Assembly (NCBI GenBank): GCA_034530615.2
Contig: JAVRCV020000001.1
Span: 1 to 64,000 of the forward strand
Direction: 5' to 3'
Source of the DNA: Aulosira sp. ZfuVER01
GTDB taxonomy: Bacteria > Cyanobacteriota > Cyanobacteriia > Cyanobacteriales > Nostocaceae
DNA length: 64,000 nt
A program made the translations under genes and the position numbers. A model generated the notes under the pieces. It was not told the DNA's origin and did not search any database. It saw nothing but the letters and a program-made list of their open reading frames with translations. Below are positions 21,201-29,280 of the stretch, piece by piece; position 1 is the first letter of the stretch, and each line of letters begins with the position of its first letter.

Positions 21201-21864
21201 TATCTGATTGCCCATCGCGATTGAAATCTGCTGTCCCCTCAATCTGCCAATTAGTATCAGCAAGCTGGTTGAAATAAGCAGCACCAACGAGAGTAGTATT
21301 ATTCATATACCACAGGGCATTTTCTCCCGTGGCAGAGTTACGCCAAACTATATCTGATTGCCCATCGCGATTGAAATCTGCTGTCCCCTCAATCTTCCAG
21401 TTATTGTCTGCTAGCTGATTAAAATAAGCACCATTTAGTAAGCTATCACCATTCATTTGCCATAGTGCATTTTCTCCTGTGGCAGAGTTGCGCCAGACTA
21501 AATTTGGTTGCGAGTTATTTTGAACGGCGACAGAAAGATTGTAGTTAGTACCAGAGTTAGTCGCACCTTGGTAAACCCGAATGTAATAGCTACCTGCATC
21601 GAGAATGCCATTAATTGATTCAGCGATGCTATTAGCATTTTCTGAACGGGCAATTACTACTCCACTACTGTTGAGTAGTTCAATATTCGCATCTGAAGTT
21701 AAATCAGTAAGTGCTAGGTTTAAGCTACTACGACCATTAAAATTTAAACCGTAGTAATCGTTAGGATCATCCAATCCTATCCAATCTTTTAAGGTTTGAG
21801 AGTTGGATGTCAAATTTAGAATTGTAGCCGAACTTGGCGTATTACCTGCGTTATCGAAAGGCAT
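18256..21864 (-). CDS. Modular putative extracellular zinc metalloprotease: PPC-like, 5x FG-GAP-like, PPC-like, Ig-like (SPNGGE), PPC-like, leishmanolysin-like HEXXH domain, 2x PPC-like
   Basis: Same N-terminal module as 12480..17864; IHELGHALGL followed by THWKEEVFGNETMT (third His and Met-turn) and LSLAALRDIGW. Confidence 0.85.
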   Translation of the reverse strand: MPFDNAGNTPSSATILNLTSNSQTLKDWIGLDDPNDYYGLNFNGRSSLNLALTDLTSDANIELLNSSGVVIARSENANSIAESINGILDAGSYYIRVYQGATNSGTNYNLSVAVQNNSQPNLVWRNSATGENALWQMNGDSLLNGAYFNQLADNNWKIEGTADFNRDGQSDIVWRNSATGENALWYMNNTTLVGAAYFNQLADTNWQIEGTADFNRDGQSDIVWRNSATGENALWYMNNTTLVGAAYFNQLADTNWQIEGTADFNRDGQSDIVWRNSATGENALWYMNNTTLVGAAYFNQLADTNWQIEGTADFNRDGQSDIVWRNSATGENALWYMNNATLLSGVYFNKLADTNWKITGIATRFNEPTAIDVAGNITANALNIGTLNGSGNFRDRVDDSDRNDYYSFNLSTYSNFNLSLSGLTADANVQLLDSNGVVLQGSYNSGTTNEVINRQLTTGNYYIWIYQSSGNSNYNLNLSATQAEPPFVTLTSPNGGESLQAGSTYNITWNDNIGENVKIELYKAGSLYSTLFSSTLSDGVESWLVPNNLVAGSDYQIRVSSTSNANVWDFGNSYFSVISSIDPGNTLGTAEVKSLATFSKSEQVSASDNFDFYRFSLSQSGVFTTTLTGLTGDADVRLIQDINNNGVIDTAQLYNSTTGVLDTGEILAWQWERGTTSESIRRFLNSGTYYLQVMSYNNQTANYNLTTNFTAASNDDRSFSISPTFGSSINTTARNTIQKGINFWKNAIPYTSFNTSQIFNLNIIEDTSITGSTLAKGGSSNIATDSNGRLIPTSGYIKLSSSYLNTLNTTTNYTPDVIIHELGHALGLVGSLNSSAVNTSTGTYNANTYAGWVYGGLKGTFVQTAIPMTTGVGSDSDYTHWKEEVFGNETMTHVTKGAVGALSQLSLAALRDIGWNINYGVAQPYALPTGGTKTSLSNVDYNYNSGNPIAAGNSFSGSYSYSVNSEFTNRLYRINFGAIGTLKANLSNLTANADMRLIYDANNNGVIDAGEVIATSNNAGTTSESFNISNLAAGSYYIDVFATNYLDSSGNRFINEASYTLNLSQLAASDPAITIGSNFSSALTNNFGKYQSGYTYSNYYSASVGDRNFDDLFRYEFAGTTNLNFTLTDLTANADIRLIYDANNNGVFDTGEEISRSSNSGTSTETLSRSGLAAGTYYVNVYRYDSSVNTPYKLNLVSANVA
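20851..21395. repeat. Perfect 150-bp intragenic tandem repeat, about 3.6 copies
   Basis: The unit starting attcatataccacagggcat recurs at 20851, 21001, 21151 and 21301 with no mismatch seen. Confidence 0.92.
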
Positions 21865-22376
21865 AAATATCCTTGGATTTTGTCGCGAAAATAATTTGAA
21901 ACAATTAGTTGCTTTAAACCTTTTTTAATAAAGTTGATAAAAAAGCATTGCTTTAATACTGCTCTTGCCAGTGCATCTACAACCAGGGGAGCTTTACGTA
22001 ATTTGTAAATAAAGTAGCTATGAAGTTTTAAGATTTTTTTAAAAAACGTTTTTATTACCTAATCGATGTATTAGATTTAGAGACAATCCATTTTACTAAC
22101 ATAAAGAAAAAGCAATTTTTTTTAAAAAATTAACAGCAAAAAACGAGCCAAAGATGATGCATTTTTATGCCATCTGTAGCAATTTAAAAAAACGATAAAT
22201 TATTCCCAATGAAATCGGATTTTAACAATTGATATAATTGCGCCTACTAAGGTTTAGAACAATAGCTCAATAGGCACTAATCACAAAATGTAACCTCTTT
22301 AAAATTCTTATTGTTATACTTAATCTAGTTACAACATTTAATCAACTAGATTTTTTGAACTCATGGCTAGTCTTGA

Positions 22377-24839
22377 TTATGTGAGAGTATAAGGTTGAGC
22401 AACCCCATAATTTACATACCATCCACCATCTCTGAGAGCAGCAATAGTTAAGTTACTAACCAGTCCATCAGGGGGGCCAGCGTAAGTATTCAATGCCTCA
22501 TTTTGAATTTTCTCAAAACTCCAATGACCCGTACCGTCTATAGGAATAGCTGTTTGCTTGAAGGTTCCTAACATCTCTCCATAAGCCCAGCCGACGTAGG
22601 AGTTAGCGTTATAAGTTAAGTTAGAGTAATTAACAAACTTATCATCAAGACCAACAAGTCCCAAAACATGACCCATCTCATGAATTGCTAATCGCAGATT
22701 AAATCCTATTTGATCTACATATTCAGTGTCATAGGTAATAGTGCCTGAAGTAGGCATTTGTCGGTTATTAGCATCTGTGCTATAGCTGTCTGCACCTCCT
22801 TGTGCTACGGCATCAGTGAGTGTACCGCTATCCACGCCAATTACTAAAGTGTGGAGTCCATTGAAACTGCTGTGTGAAATTGCCTTTTCCCAAAATCTTG
22901 CTGCTTGAGTCAGGGCATTAGAAGTGTTGTTATACTGACTTAATTCAGAAGAAAAATTAAGTTGAATTGAGAACTTACGGTTATCGCTAGCAGCAGCAGT
23001 GAAATTAGTAGTGAGATTATAGTTAGCAGTCTGATTGTTGTAGTTCATGACTTGCAGGTAATAAGTACCTGGATTGAGAAAACGCCGGATAGATTCGCTA
23101 CCAGTACCACGTTCCCATTGCCAGGCTAAAATCTCACCAGTATCTAAAATTCCAGTCGTCTGGTTGTATGGCTGAGAGGTATCGATCGCTCCATTACCAT
23201 TGATATCTTGAATCAAGCGAACATCAGCATCCCCACTCAACCCAGCCAGATTTGCTGTAAATACACCAGATTGACTAACTGTAAACCGAAACATATCATC
23301 GCGATCGCCCGCACTAACTTGTTCGCTGCGCGAAAAAACGGCGGATGTTTGAACTTCTGCCGTTGCTAAAGTATTGCCAGGATCGATTGAGGGTGTAGAA
23401 GTAAAGTTCAAATTATAGCTGCTGGTAGCATTACCAGATTGGTAAACCCGGATATAGTAGTTACCAGCAGTCAATTGACGGCTAATAGACTCTGCTGTCG
23501 TGCCAGTATTTGTAGAACCTTGAATAAATGCGCCATTAATATCGAGCAGTTGCACATTGAAATCGGCACTGAAACCGTTGAGTGATAGGGAGAAATTACT
23601 ACTAGTGGCGACATTGAACCAATAATAATCATTGCTATCAGTAGCATCAAGGCGATCGCGCAAAATACCATTACCGTTGATTGTGCCAGTATTAAAAGCA
23701 TTCGCCGTACTATTTCCGGCAACATCTATGAGATTGGGTTCATTAAATCTGCTCCCGACGCTAGCAATTTTCCAGTTAGTATCTGCAAGTTTGTTGAAGT
23801 AAACACCACCAAGAAAGGTAGCGTTATTCATATACCACAGCGCATTTTCTCCGGTGGCAGAGTTGCGCCAAACTAGATCTGATTTGCCATCACGATTGAA
23901 ATCTGCTGTGCCTTCAATTTTCCAGTTATTGTCGGCTAAGGAGTTGAAATAAACACTACTCAGCAGCGTAGCGTTATTCATGTACCATAAAGCGTTTTGT
24001 CCACTAGCGGAGTTGCGCCAAACTAAATCTGATTGTCCATCATTATTGAAATCTGCTGTGCCTTCAATCTTCCAGTTATTATCGGCTAAGGTGTTGAAAT
24101 AAACCGCACTCAGCAGGGTAGTGTTATTCATGTACCATAAAGCATTTTGTCCTGTAGCAGAGTTGCGCCAGACTATATCTGCTTGTCCATCACGGTTGAA
24201 ATCTGCTGTCCCGGCAATTTTCCAGTTAGTATCTGCTAAAGAGTTGAAATAAGCAGTGCCAAGGACAGTTGTGCCATTCATGTACCATAAAGCATTTTGT
24301 CCCGTAGCAGAGTTGCGCCAAACTTGATCCGATTTGCCATCGCGATTAAAATCTGCTGTCCCCTCAATCTTCCAGTTATTGTCTCCTAGTTGACTAAAAT
24401 AAGCGGCATTAAGTAAGCTATCGCCATTCATTTGCCACAGTGCATTTTGGCCTATAGTCGAGTGACGCCAAGTGATATCCGGTTGTGAATTATTTTGTGC
24501 TGCTACAGAAAGATTGTAGTTAGTGCTAGCATTATTCGCACCTTGGTAAACTCGGATATAATAGCGCCCTCCATCCAAGGTGCCATTCATTGATTCCGCA
24601 ATGTTATTAGCGTTTTCCGAGCGAGCAATTAGTCCACCGTTACTGTTGAGTAGTTCGACATTTGCATTTGCACTTAAACCATTGAGTGCTAGATTCAAGC
24701 TACTGCGACCACTAAGATTAAAACCATAGTAATCATTAGTATCATCCAATCCTATCCAATCACTGAAGGTTTGGGAGTTAGCCGTTAAATTTATATTTAA
24801 AGCTGTATTGAGTGTATTACCCGCATTATCAAAAGCCAT
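22377..24839 (-). CDS. Modular putative extracellular zinc metalloprotease: PPC-like, 5x FG-GAP-like, 2x PPC-like, HEXXH domain
   Basis: Same N-terminal module; IHEMGHVLGL, GHWSFE...NE, LTIAALRDGGW. Confidence 0.85.
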   Translation of the reverse strand: MAFDNAGNTLNTALNINLTANSQTFSDWIGLDDTNDYYGFNLSGRSSLNLALNGLSANANVELLNSNGGLIARSENANNIAESMNGTLDGGRYYIRVYQGANNASTNYNLSVAAQNNSQPDITWRHSTIGQNALWQMNGDSLLNAAYFSQLGDNNWKIEGTADFNRDGKSDQVWRNSATGQNALWYMNGTTVLGTAYFNSLADTNWKIAGTADFNRDGQADIVWRNSATGQNALWYMNNTTLLSAVYFNTLADNNWKIEGTADFNNDGQSDLVWRNSASGQNALWYMNNATLLSSVYFNSLADNNWKIEGTADFNRDGKSDLVWRNSATGENALWYMNNATFLGGVYFNKLADTNWKIASVGSRFNEPNLIDVAGNSTANAFNTGTINGNGILRDRLDATDSNDYYWFNVATSSNFSLSLNGFSADFNVQLLDINGAFIQGSTNTGTTAESISRQLTAGNYYIRVYQSGNATSSYNLNFTSTPSIDPGNTLATAEVQTSAVFSRSEQVSAGDRDDMFRFTVSQSGVFTANLAGLSGDADVRLIQDINGNGAIDTSQPYNQTTGILDTGEILAWQWERGTGSESIRRFLNPGTYYLQVMNYNNQTANYNLTTNFTAAASDNRKFSIQLNFSSELSQYNNTSNALTQAARFWEKAISHSSFNGLHTLVIGVDSGTLTDAVAQGGADSYSTDANNRQMPTSGTITYDTEYVDQIGFNLRLAIHEMGHVLGLVGLDDKFVNYSNLTYNANSYVGWAYGEMLGTFKQTAIPIDGTGHWSFEKIQNEALNTYAGPPDGLVSNLTIAALRDGGWYVNYGVAQPYTLT

Positions 24840-25060
24840 AGATATCCCTGTGTTAGTTGGTTCAAGTACTTTTTTAAAACCTTGCTATATAAAGGTTGGG
24901 CAAGAATATGACTCGCAAGATTAATTTAATCCTGCTCTGACTTTTGCAAAAATCACTAGGGTATATTTACGTAAAATTTTACTAAGTAAATACAAGAGAT
25001 ACTTTTTTTAAAAAAGCTTTTGCTTACGTTAAAACACTTTATTTAATTTCCGACATCAAA

Positions 25061-25087
25061 GTGGCTGAAAAAGGTTTTCTCAGCCAC
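25061..25087 (-). terminator. Stem-loop downstream of the subtilase gene
   Basis: gtggctga...tcagccac inverted repeat. Confidence 0.45.
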
Positions 25088-25206
25088 TATAAACTTAATG
25101 TAAAAATAAGTTTTAGCAAAAATTTATTTTAGATTGTTGTACGGAGTTACGCTCAAGCTAGGAAATATATTAACTGCCTGCTTGTCCAGTATGGAATATT
25201 TGAAAT

Positions 25207-26670
25207 TCACATACTAGCGAACCATTTGCGCAATTCATCCATCTGTTCTTGGAATTGTAGCAGCATTTTTTCTATATCAGTCGGCTGGTTATTTTCTAGA
25301 CTGTTATAACTATTGGTATTCAGATTGCTGTCATAATAGCGGGATTGTGAGCAGACGTTTGCATTCCCATAACTTTTATTACTTTCCGGTTGTGAAGCAG
25401 CGTTGGAGCTAAAATCTACGGTATAGTTTTCTGCGATCGCACTAGTTTCAAAGCTAGCAGAAGAAAAGCTGGGATTATTTCCTGCTATCTCTGCAATAAA
25501 CTGACTTACCAAAGAGCCAGCGCTAAAGCCAGTATCTGGGTTGGGTGCGCTATTACCTGCGGTCTGTGTAAGAATTTGACGGACTTGGGCATCAGTTAAA
25601 CTATGATTAGCACTCAGCATCAAAGCTACTACCCCAGCAACGTGAGGAGCCGCCATAGATGTACCGCTATAATTAGCATACTGATCGCCAGGTACAGATG
25701 AGTAGATCCCAACTCCTGGTGCGGTGACGTAGGCGAGTTGACTGATTCCTGGTCGGTTAGAAAAGTCTGCAATATTATTATTTTGATCCACAGCACCAAC
25801 AGCCAGCCCCCATTGATTTGCATAGCTGGCGGGGTAAGAAAGTATCGGTAAACCATTATTACCAGCTGCCATCACCACAACTACCCCTTTGTTGCTGGCA
25901 TATTCAATTGCTGATGCTAAAGAACTGTTAGGAAAATCACCACCTAGGCTCAAATTAATTACATTAGCTCCATTGTTCACCGCATAGTAAATGCCTTGAG
26001 TAATAGAACTAATGGAGCCTGAGCCAGAATCATTCAGAACTTTCACGGGCATGATTTTAGAATTATAGGCAATACCTGTAACACCAAAACCATTATTTTC
26101 ACCAGCAATAGTGCCGGAAACATGGCTACCATGACCATTTCTATCTATGGGGTCATTGGTATTATCTACAAAATTCCAACCGCGCGTATCATCAATGTAG
26201 CCGTTGCCATCATCATCGACACCATTACCAGCAATTTCTTTAGTATTAGTCCAGATATTATTTCTTAAATCTGCATGGTTGTAATCAACCCCAGTATCAA
26301 TAACAGCGACGACAGTATCTTGACCAGTGTATCCCCTTGCCCAGACTTCCGGCGCTTTTACAGAATCAACACCCCAACTATTACCACCTACATCGGGAAC
26401 ATCAGCAAAAGTATTTTGACCAATAGCTTTCGCAACTGCGGCGGCGGCATTTACCTTACCATAACCAGTAGTAGAATCATAACTAAGTGCGCTCACCGTA
26501 TCTTTGCTATCGTTCGCTTTTAAAGCATTGATAGTAGGGTTAAAGCTACTACGTCCACTGGTGTTTAAATTATTGTCATCTTTGGTATGGAAAGTATCTA
26601 CTGAGGAGACAGGATTGATATTTAGCCCGTTATCAGCCAACGATTTCTTATTAGTGTAATCAAGGGGCAT
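25207..26670 (-). CDS. S8 family (subtilisin-like) serine protease
   Basis: Catalytic triad VAVIDTG, GHGSHVSGTI, SGTSMAAPHVAG; oxyanion AAGN. Likely start MPLDY at 26670. Confidence 0.93.
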   Translation of the reverse strand: MPLDYTNKKSLADNGLNINPVSSVDTFHTKDDNNLNTSGRSSFNPTINALKANDSKDTVSALSYDSTTGYGKVNAAAAVAKAIGQNTFADVPDVGGNSWGVDSVKAPEVWARGYTGQDTVVAVIDTGVDYNHADLRNNIWTNTKEIAGNGVDDDGNGYIDDTRGWNFVDNTNDPIDRNGHGSHVSGTIAGENNGFGVTGIAYNSKIMPVKVLNDSGSGSISSITQGIYYAVNNGANVINLSLGGDFPNSSLASAIEYASNKGVVVVMAAGNNGLPILSYPASYANQWGLAVGAVDQNNNIADFSNRPGISQLAYVTAPGVGIYSSVPGDQYANYSGTSMAAPHVAGVVALMLSANHSLTDAQVRQILTQTAGNSAPNPDTGFSAGSLVSQFIAEIAGNNPSFSSASFETSAIAENYTVDFSSNAASQPESNKSYGNANVCSQSRYYDSNLNTNSYNSLENNQPTDIEKMLLQFQEQMDELRKWFASM

Positions 26671-27129
26671 AAGTAATTTCTCCTCAAAGATAACAATCAT
26701 TTTTTGACAGCCAAATTTTTTAAAACCTCTGTCACAAAAAGGCTTTATTTTTCAAAAAGCTATCATTGCCAATAATTACTATGAAATTAAATAGTAAAAA
26801 GATATTTTAATTACAAAGAACTCAAATAAAATTGTCTTTTTACAAGTCACCTTCAGATGAAATAGGTGGTTATACTAATTAAAATATTTTTGTTGTGCGT
26901 CTACTCATTTGTCACATTCTTTTTAAAACTTAGTATTAAAAACTACACGCCTATCTGAAGCCGGGAAACCTTTTCGGCTGTTTTGCTGTCATACACTTTC
27001 TCTCAAATCTGGCTACACATAATTCTCTCTTACCCTTCTCATCTCTCTCATCCCCATTCTTCATTTTGCTTGATTTATCGGCTAAATTTACGCATACTGA
27101 ATAATTGCAGGTATTGACGAAAAATCAAG

Positions 27130-27729
27130 ATGAAATCTCTGCATCGTCCCGATCTCTATGGTTGGTCTTCTTTCAATCCGGCAAGAAATATTGATTTTAA
27201 TGGGGTTGCTTGGATTCGTCCCGGTGGCAATATCTTGATCGATCCAGTGGCTTTATCAAATCACGATTGGAATCACCTAGAATCCCTTGGTGGTGTAGCT
27301 TGGATTGTATTGACTAACTCCGATCATGTGAGATCAGCACAAGAAATAGCTAATCAAACTTATGCCAAAATAGCAGGGCCAGCAGCGGAGAAAGATAATT
27401 TTCCCATACATTGCGATCGCTGGTTGGTTGATGGTGAGGAAGTAGTCCCAGGATTAAGGGTAATTGCACTCCAAGGTTCTAAAACTCCGGGTGAATTAGC
27501 GCTGTTGCTAGAGGAAACAACTTTAATTACTGGGGATTTGGTACGGGCACATAAAGCTGGTACGTTAACGATATTGCCAGATGAAAAGCTGGTAAATCGC
27601 CAGGAAGCAGTTGCATCTGTGCAGAGATTGGCAGAACTGACTCAGGTAGAAACGGTGTTAGTTGGAGATGGTTGGTCAGTTTTTCGAGATGGACGCGATC
27701 GCCTCAAGGAACTAGTGGCGACTTTGTAA
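27130..27729 (+). CDS. MBL-fold metallo-hydrolase-like protein
   Basis: ILIDP, degenerate LTNSDHVR motif, KTPG, LITGD, LVGDG. Confidence 0.8.
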   Translation: MKSLHRPDLYGWSSFNPARNIDFNGVAWIRPGGNILIDPVALSNHDWNHLESLGGVAWIVLTNSDHVRSAQEIANQTYAKIAGPAAEKDNFPIHCDRWLVDGEEVVPGLRVIALQGSKTPGELALLLEETTLITGDLVRAHKAGTLTILPDEKLVNRQEAVASVQRLAELTQVETVLVGDGWSVFRDGRDRLKELVATL

Positions 27730-27778
27730 GTAGTTGGGGCGATCGGATTTGAGAAGAGTGCGATCGCCAAAAGATTTA

Positions 27779-28102
27779 CTATTTTTCTTTTTTATCTAAA
27801 CGCGCTTTCATATCTTCCGCAAAGTCTTCATATCTTCTCAGGGGAGTCACGTCTATATGAACGTGCTGACCATGTTTCTGCATGATGGGTAAATCCAACA
27901 GAATTTGATCGAGCAAATCAGGAGTTGGAACATCAACAATACAAATTACCCGTCGTACACCAACACATTTCCATAAGTCTACAACTACCCCGGCTGCTTT
28001 TGCTTTCAGGGCGGCTTCGGCTTCTTCTAGCCAAATTGCGAAAAGTTCCGCCTGAGACATTTCATCAGGATACTCTACATGAAAATCTAAGTGATATAGC
28101 AT
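27779..28102 (-). CDS. Muconolactone delta-isomerase family protein
   Basis: MLYHLDFHVEYP...E...A......G....LWK..G...LP.....I.VTPL pattern, 107 aa. Confidence 0.75.
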   Translation of the reverse strand: MLYHLDFHVEYPDEMSQAELFAIWLEEAEAALKAKAAGVVVDLWKCVGVRRVICIVDVPTPDLLDQILLDLPIMQKHGQHVHIDVTPLRRYEDFAEDMKARLDKKEK

Positions 28103-28155
28103 AATTAACTTCCTTGATGAACCAGTAGATTTACTACCTCAGGAAGATTATATAT

Positions 28156-28461
28156 TTAAGGATATTGAAAATGCTCAATTATCCTACCTTTTTGTCTTTG
28201 AGTCAGCAGTGTATATTGTTTAATTTGTAAATTTTCAGAAACAATGCATTTGACTCCACAATTCCAGTGAGCAAGACATTGATCCCAATCTAGAATTACC
28301 CAGATTTCCCACAAGCCATTTGCCAGTTTTTGTGCATTTATTCCAAAGTACTCTCCGTTGAGATACTGTTCGGTTGGAATACCTAATGCCGTTAATTGAG
28401 TTACACAAGCATGAAATAAGTTATCGTTATCCATTAGTTGAACACAAAACTCATGAGTCAC
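28156..28461 (-). CDS. Hypothetical protein
   Basis: 101-aa GTG-start ORF co-oriented with the neighbouring gene; start uncertain. Confidence 0.5.
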   Translation of the reverse strand: MTHEFCVQLMDNDNLFHACVTQLTALGIPTEQYLNGEYFGINAQKLANGLWEIWVILDWDQCLAHWNCGVKCIVSENLQIKQYTLLTQRQKGRIIEHFQYP

Positions 28462-29136
28462 TAACGTTTGTGCAGCATATACTCAAGGTTATTGAATAGT
28501 AAAAACCCACTTGATTTGTAATCTTACAATCCATATATAGGATGCTTATTTTGGCAATATACGTGGGTGAGCATTGCCTTATAATACTCGTTTATAACCA
28601 GGGATTGGGGTAAACCAAGTATGGAATGACTAAGTTTAGAGGATTTCGCAAAAATTTAGCTATCATATCTAATTCAATGAAGATGATATTAGTGAATGTG
28701 ACAAACTAGAAAAATCGGCTCAATAATATTATATTCAACTTGAATGATTTATCAAAAAACAGTAATATTGCCGTTTTAGTCTGAGAAAAGTAGGCGATTT
28801 TGTTTAAATTTTAATACTTGGACTCAGCGATCAATACTTTTTCAACTACTTTATCTGATGAAAACAGATAAATTATGATTTCTCTGATTAAAGTAAATAT
28901 TATTATGACAAAAACTTTGTATTTAACAAATGTATATAGTAATCTGATTTAATTTTTCACTTACAAAGTAAGGTGAGAACTGCCCATCAAAACCTGATGC
29001 TACGGATTATTTCTTGAGTGAGGTATGCGGAAAATTAATTAACGACAGATATCATCTATCAACTTTATAAGTTACAGCAACTTGCTGTATGGCAGGGAAT
29101 ATCTATTAATAATTTCAATGGCGATCGCTACTCTAT

Positions 29137-29264
29137 TAAGACTTACGCAAAAGTCACGGAATTACGTTATTACGAGGGAAGCAACGTAATCGCCTGAAAT
29201 TCTGGGATTGCTTCCCTACACTACGTTCCGGTCGCAATGACCAATTTAGCTGGCGTAAGTCTTG
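29137..29264. mobile_element. MITE with AAGACTTACGC terminal inverted repeats
   Basis: aagacttacgc (29138) ... gcgtaagtctt (29263), flanked by tctat on both sides; internal imperfect palindrome gggaagcaa...ttgcttccc. Confidence 0.75.
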
Positions 29265-29280
29265 TCTATGATGTGTGGTC

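Noticed and set aside
20851..21395. DGR template/variable repeat pair or CRISPR array
   Set aside because: The copies are identical in-frame coding repeats with no adenine-specific differences, and there is no reverse transcriptase in the window.
17864..21864. Exact 4000-bp spacing of two paralogue starts as a meaningful signal
   Set aside because: The next spacing is 2975 bp; best read as coincidence.
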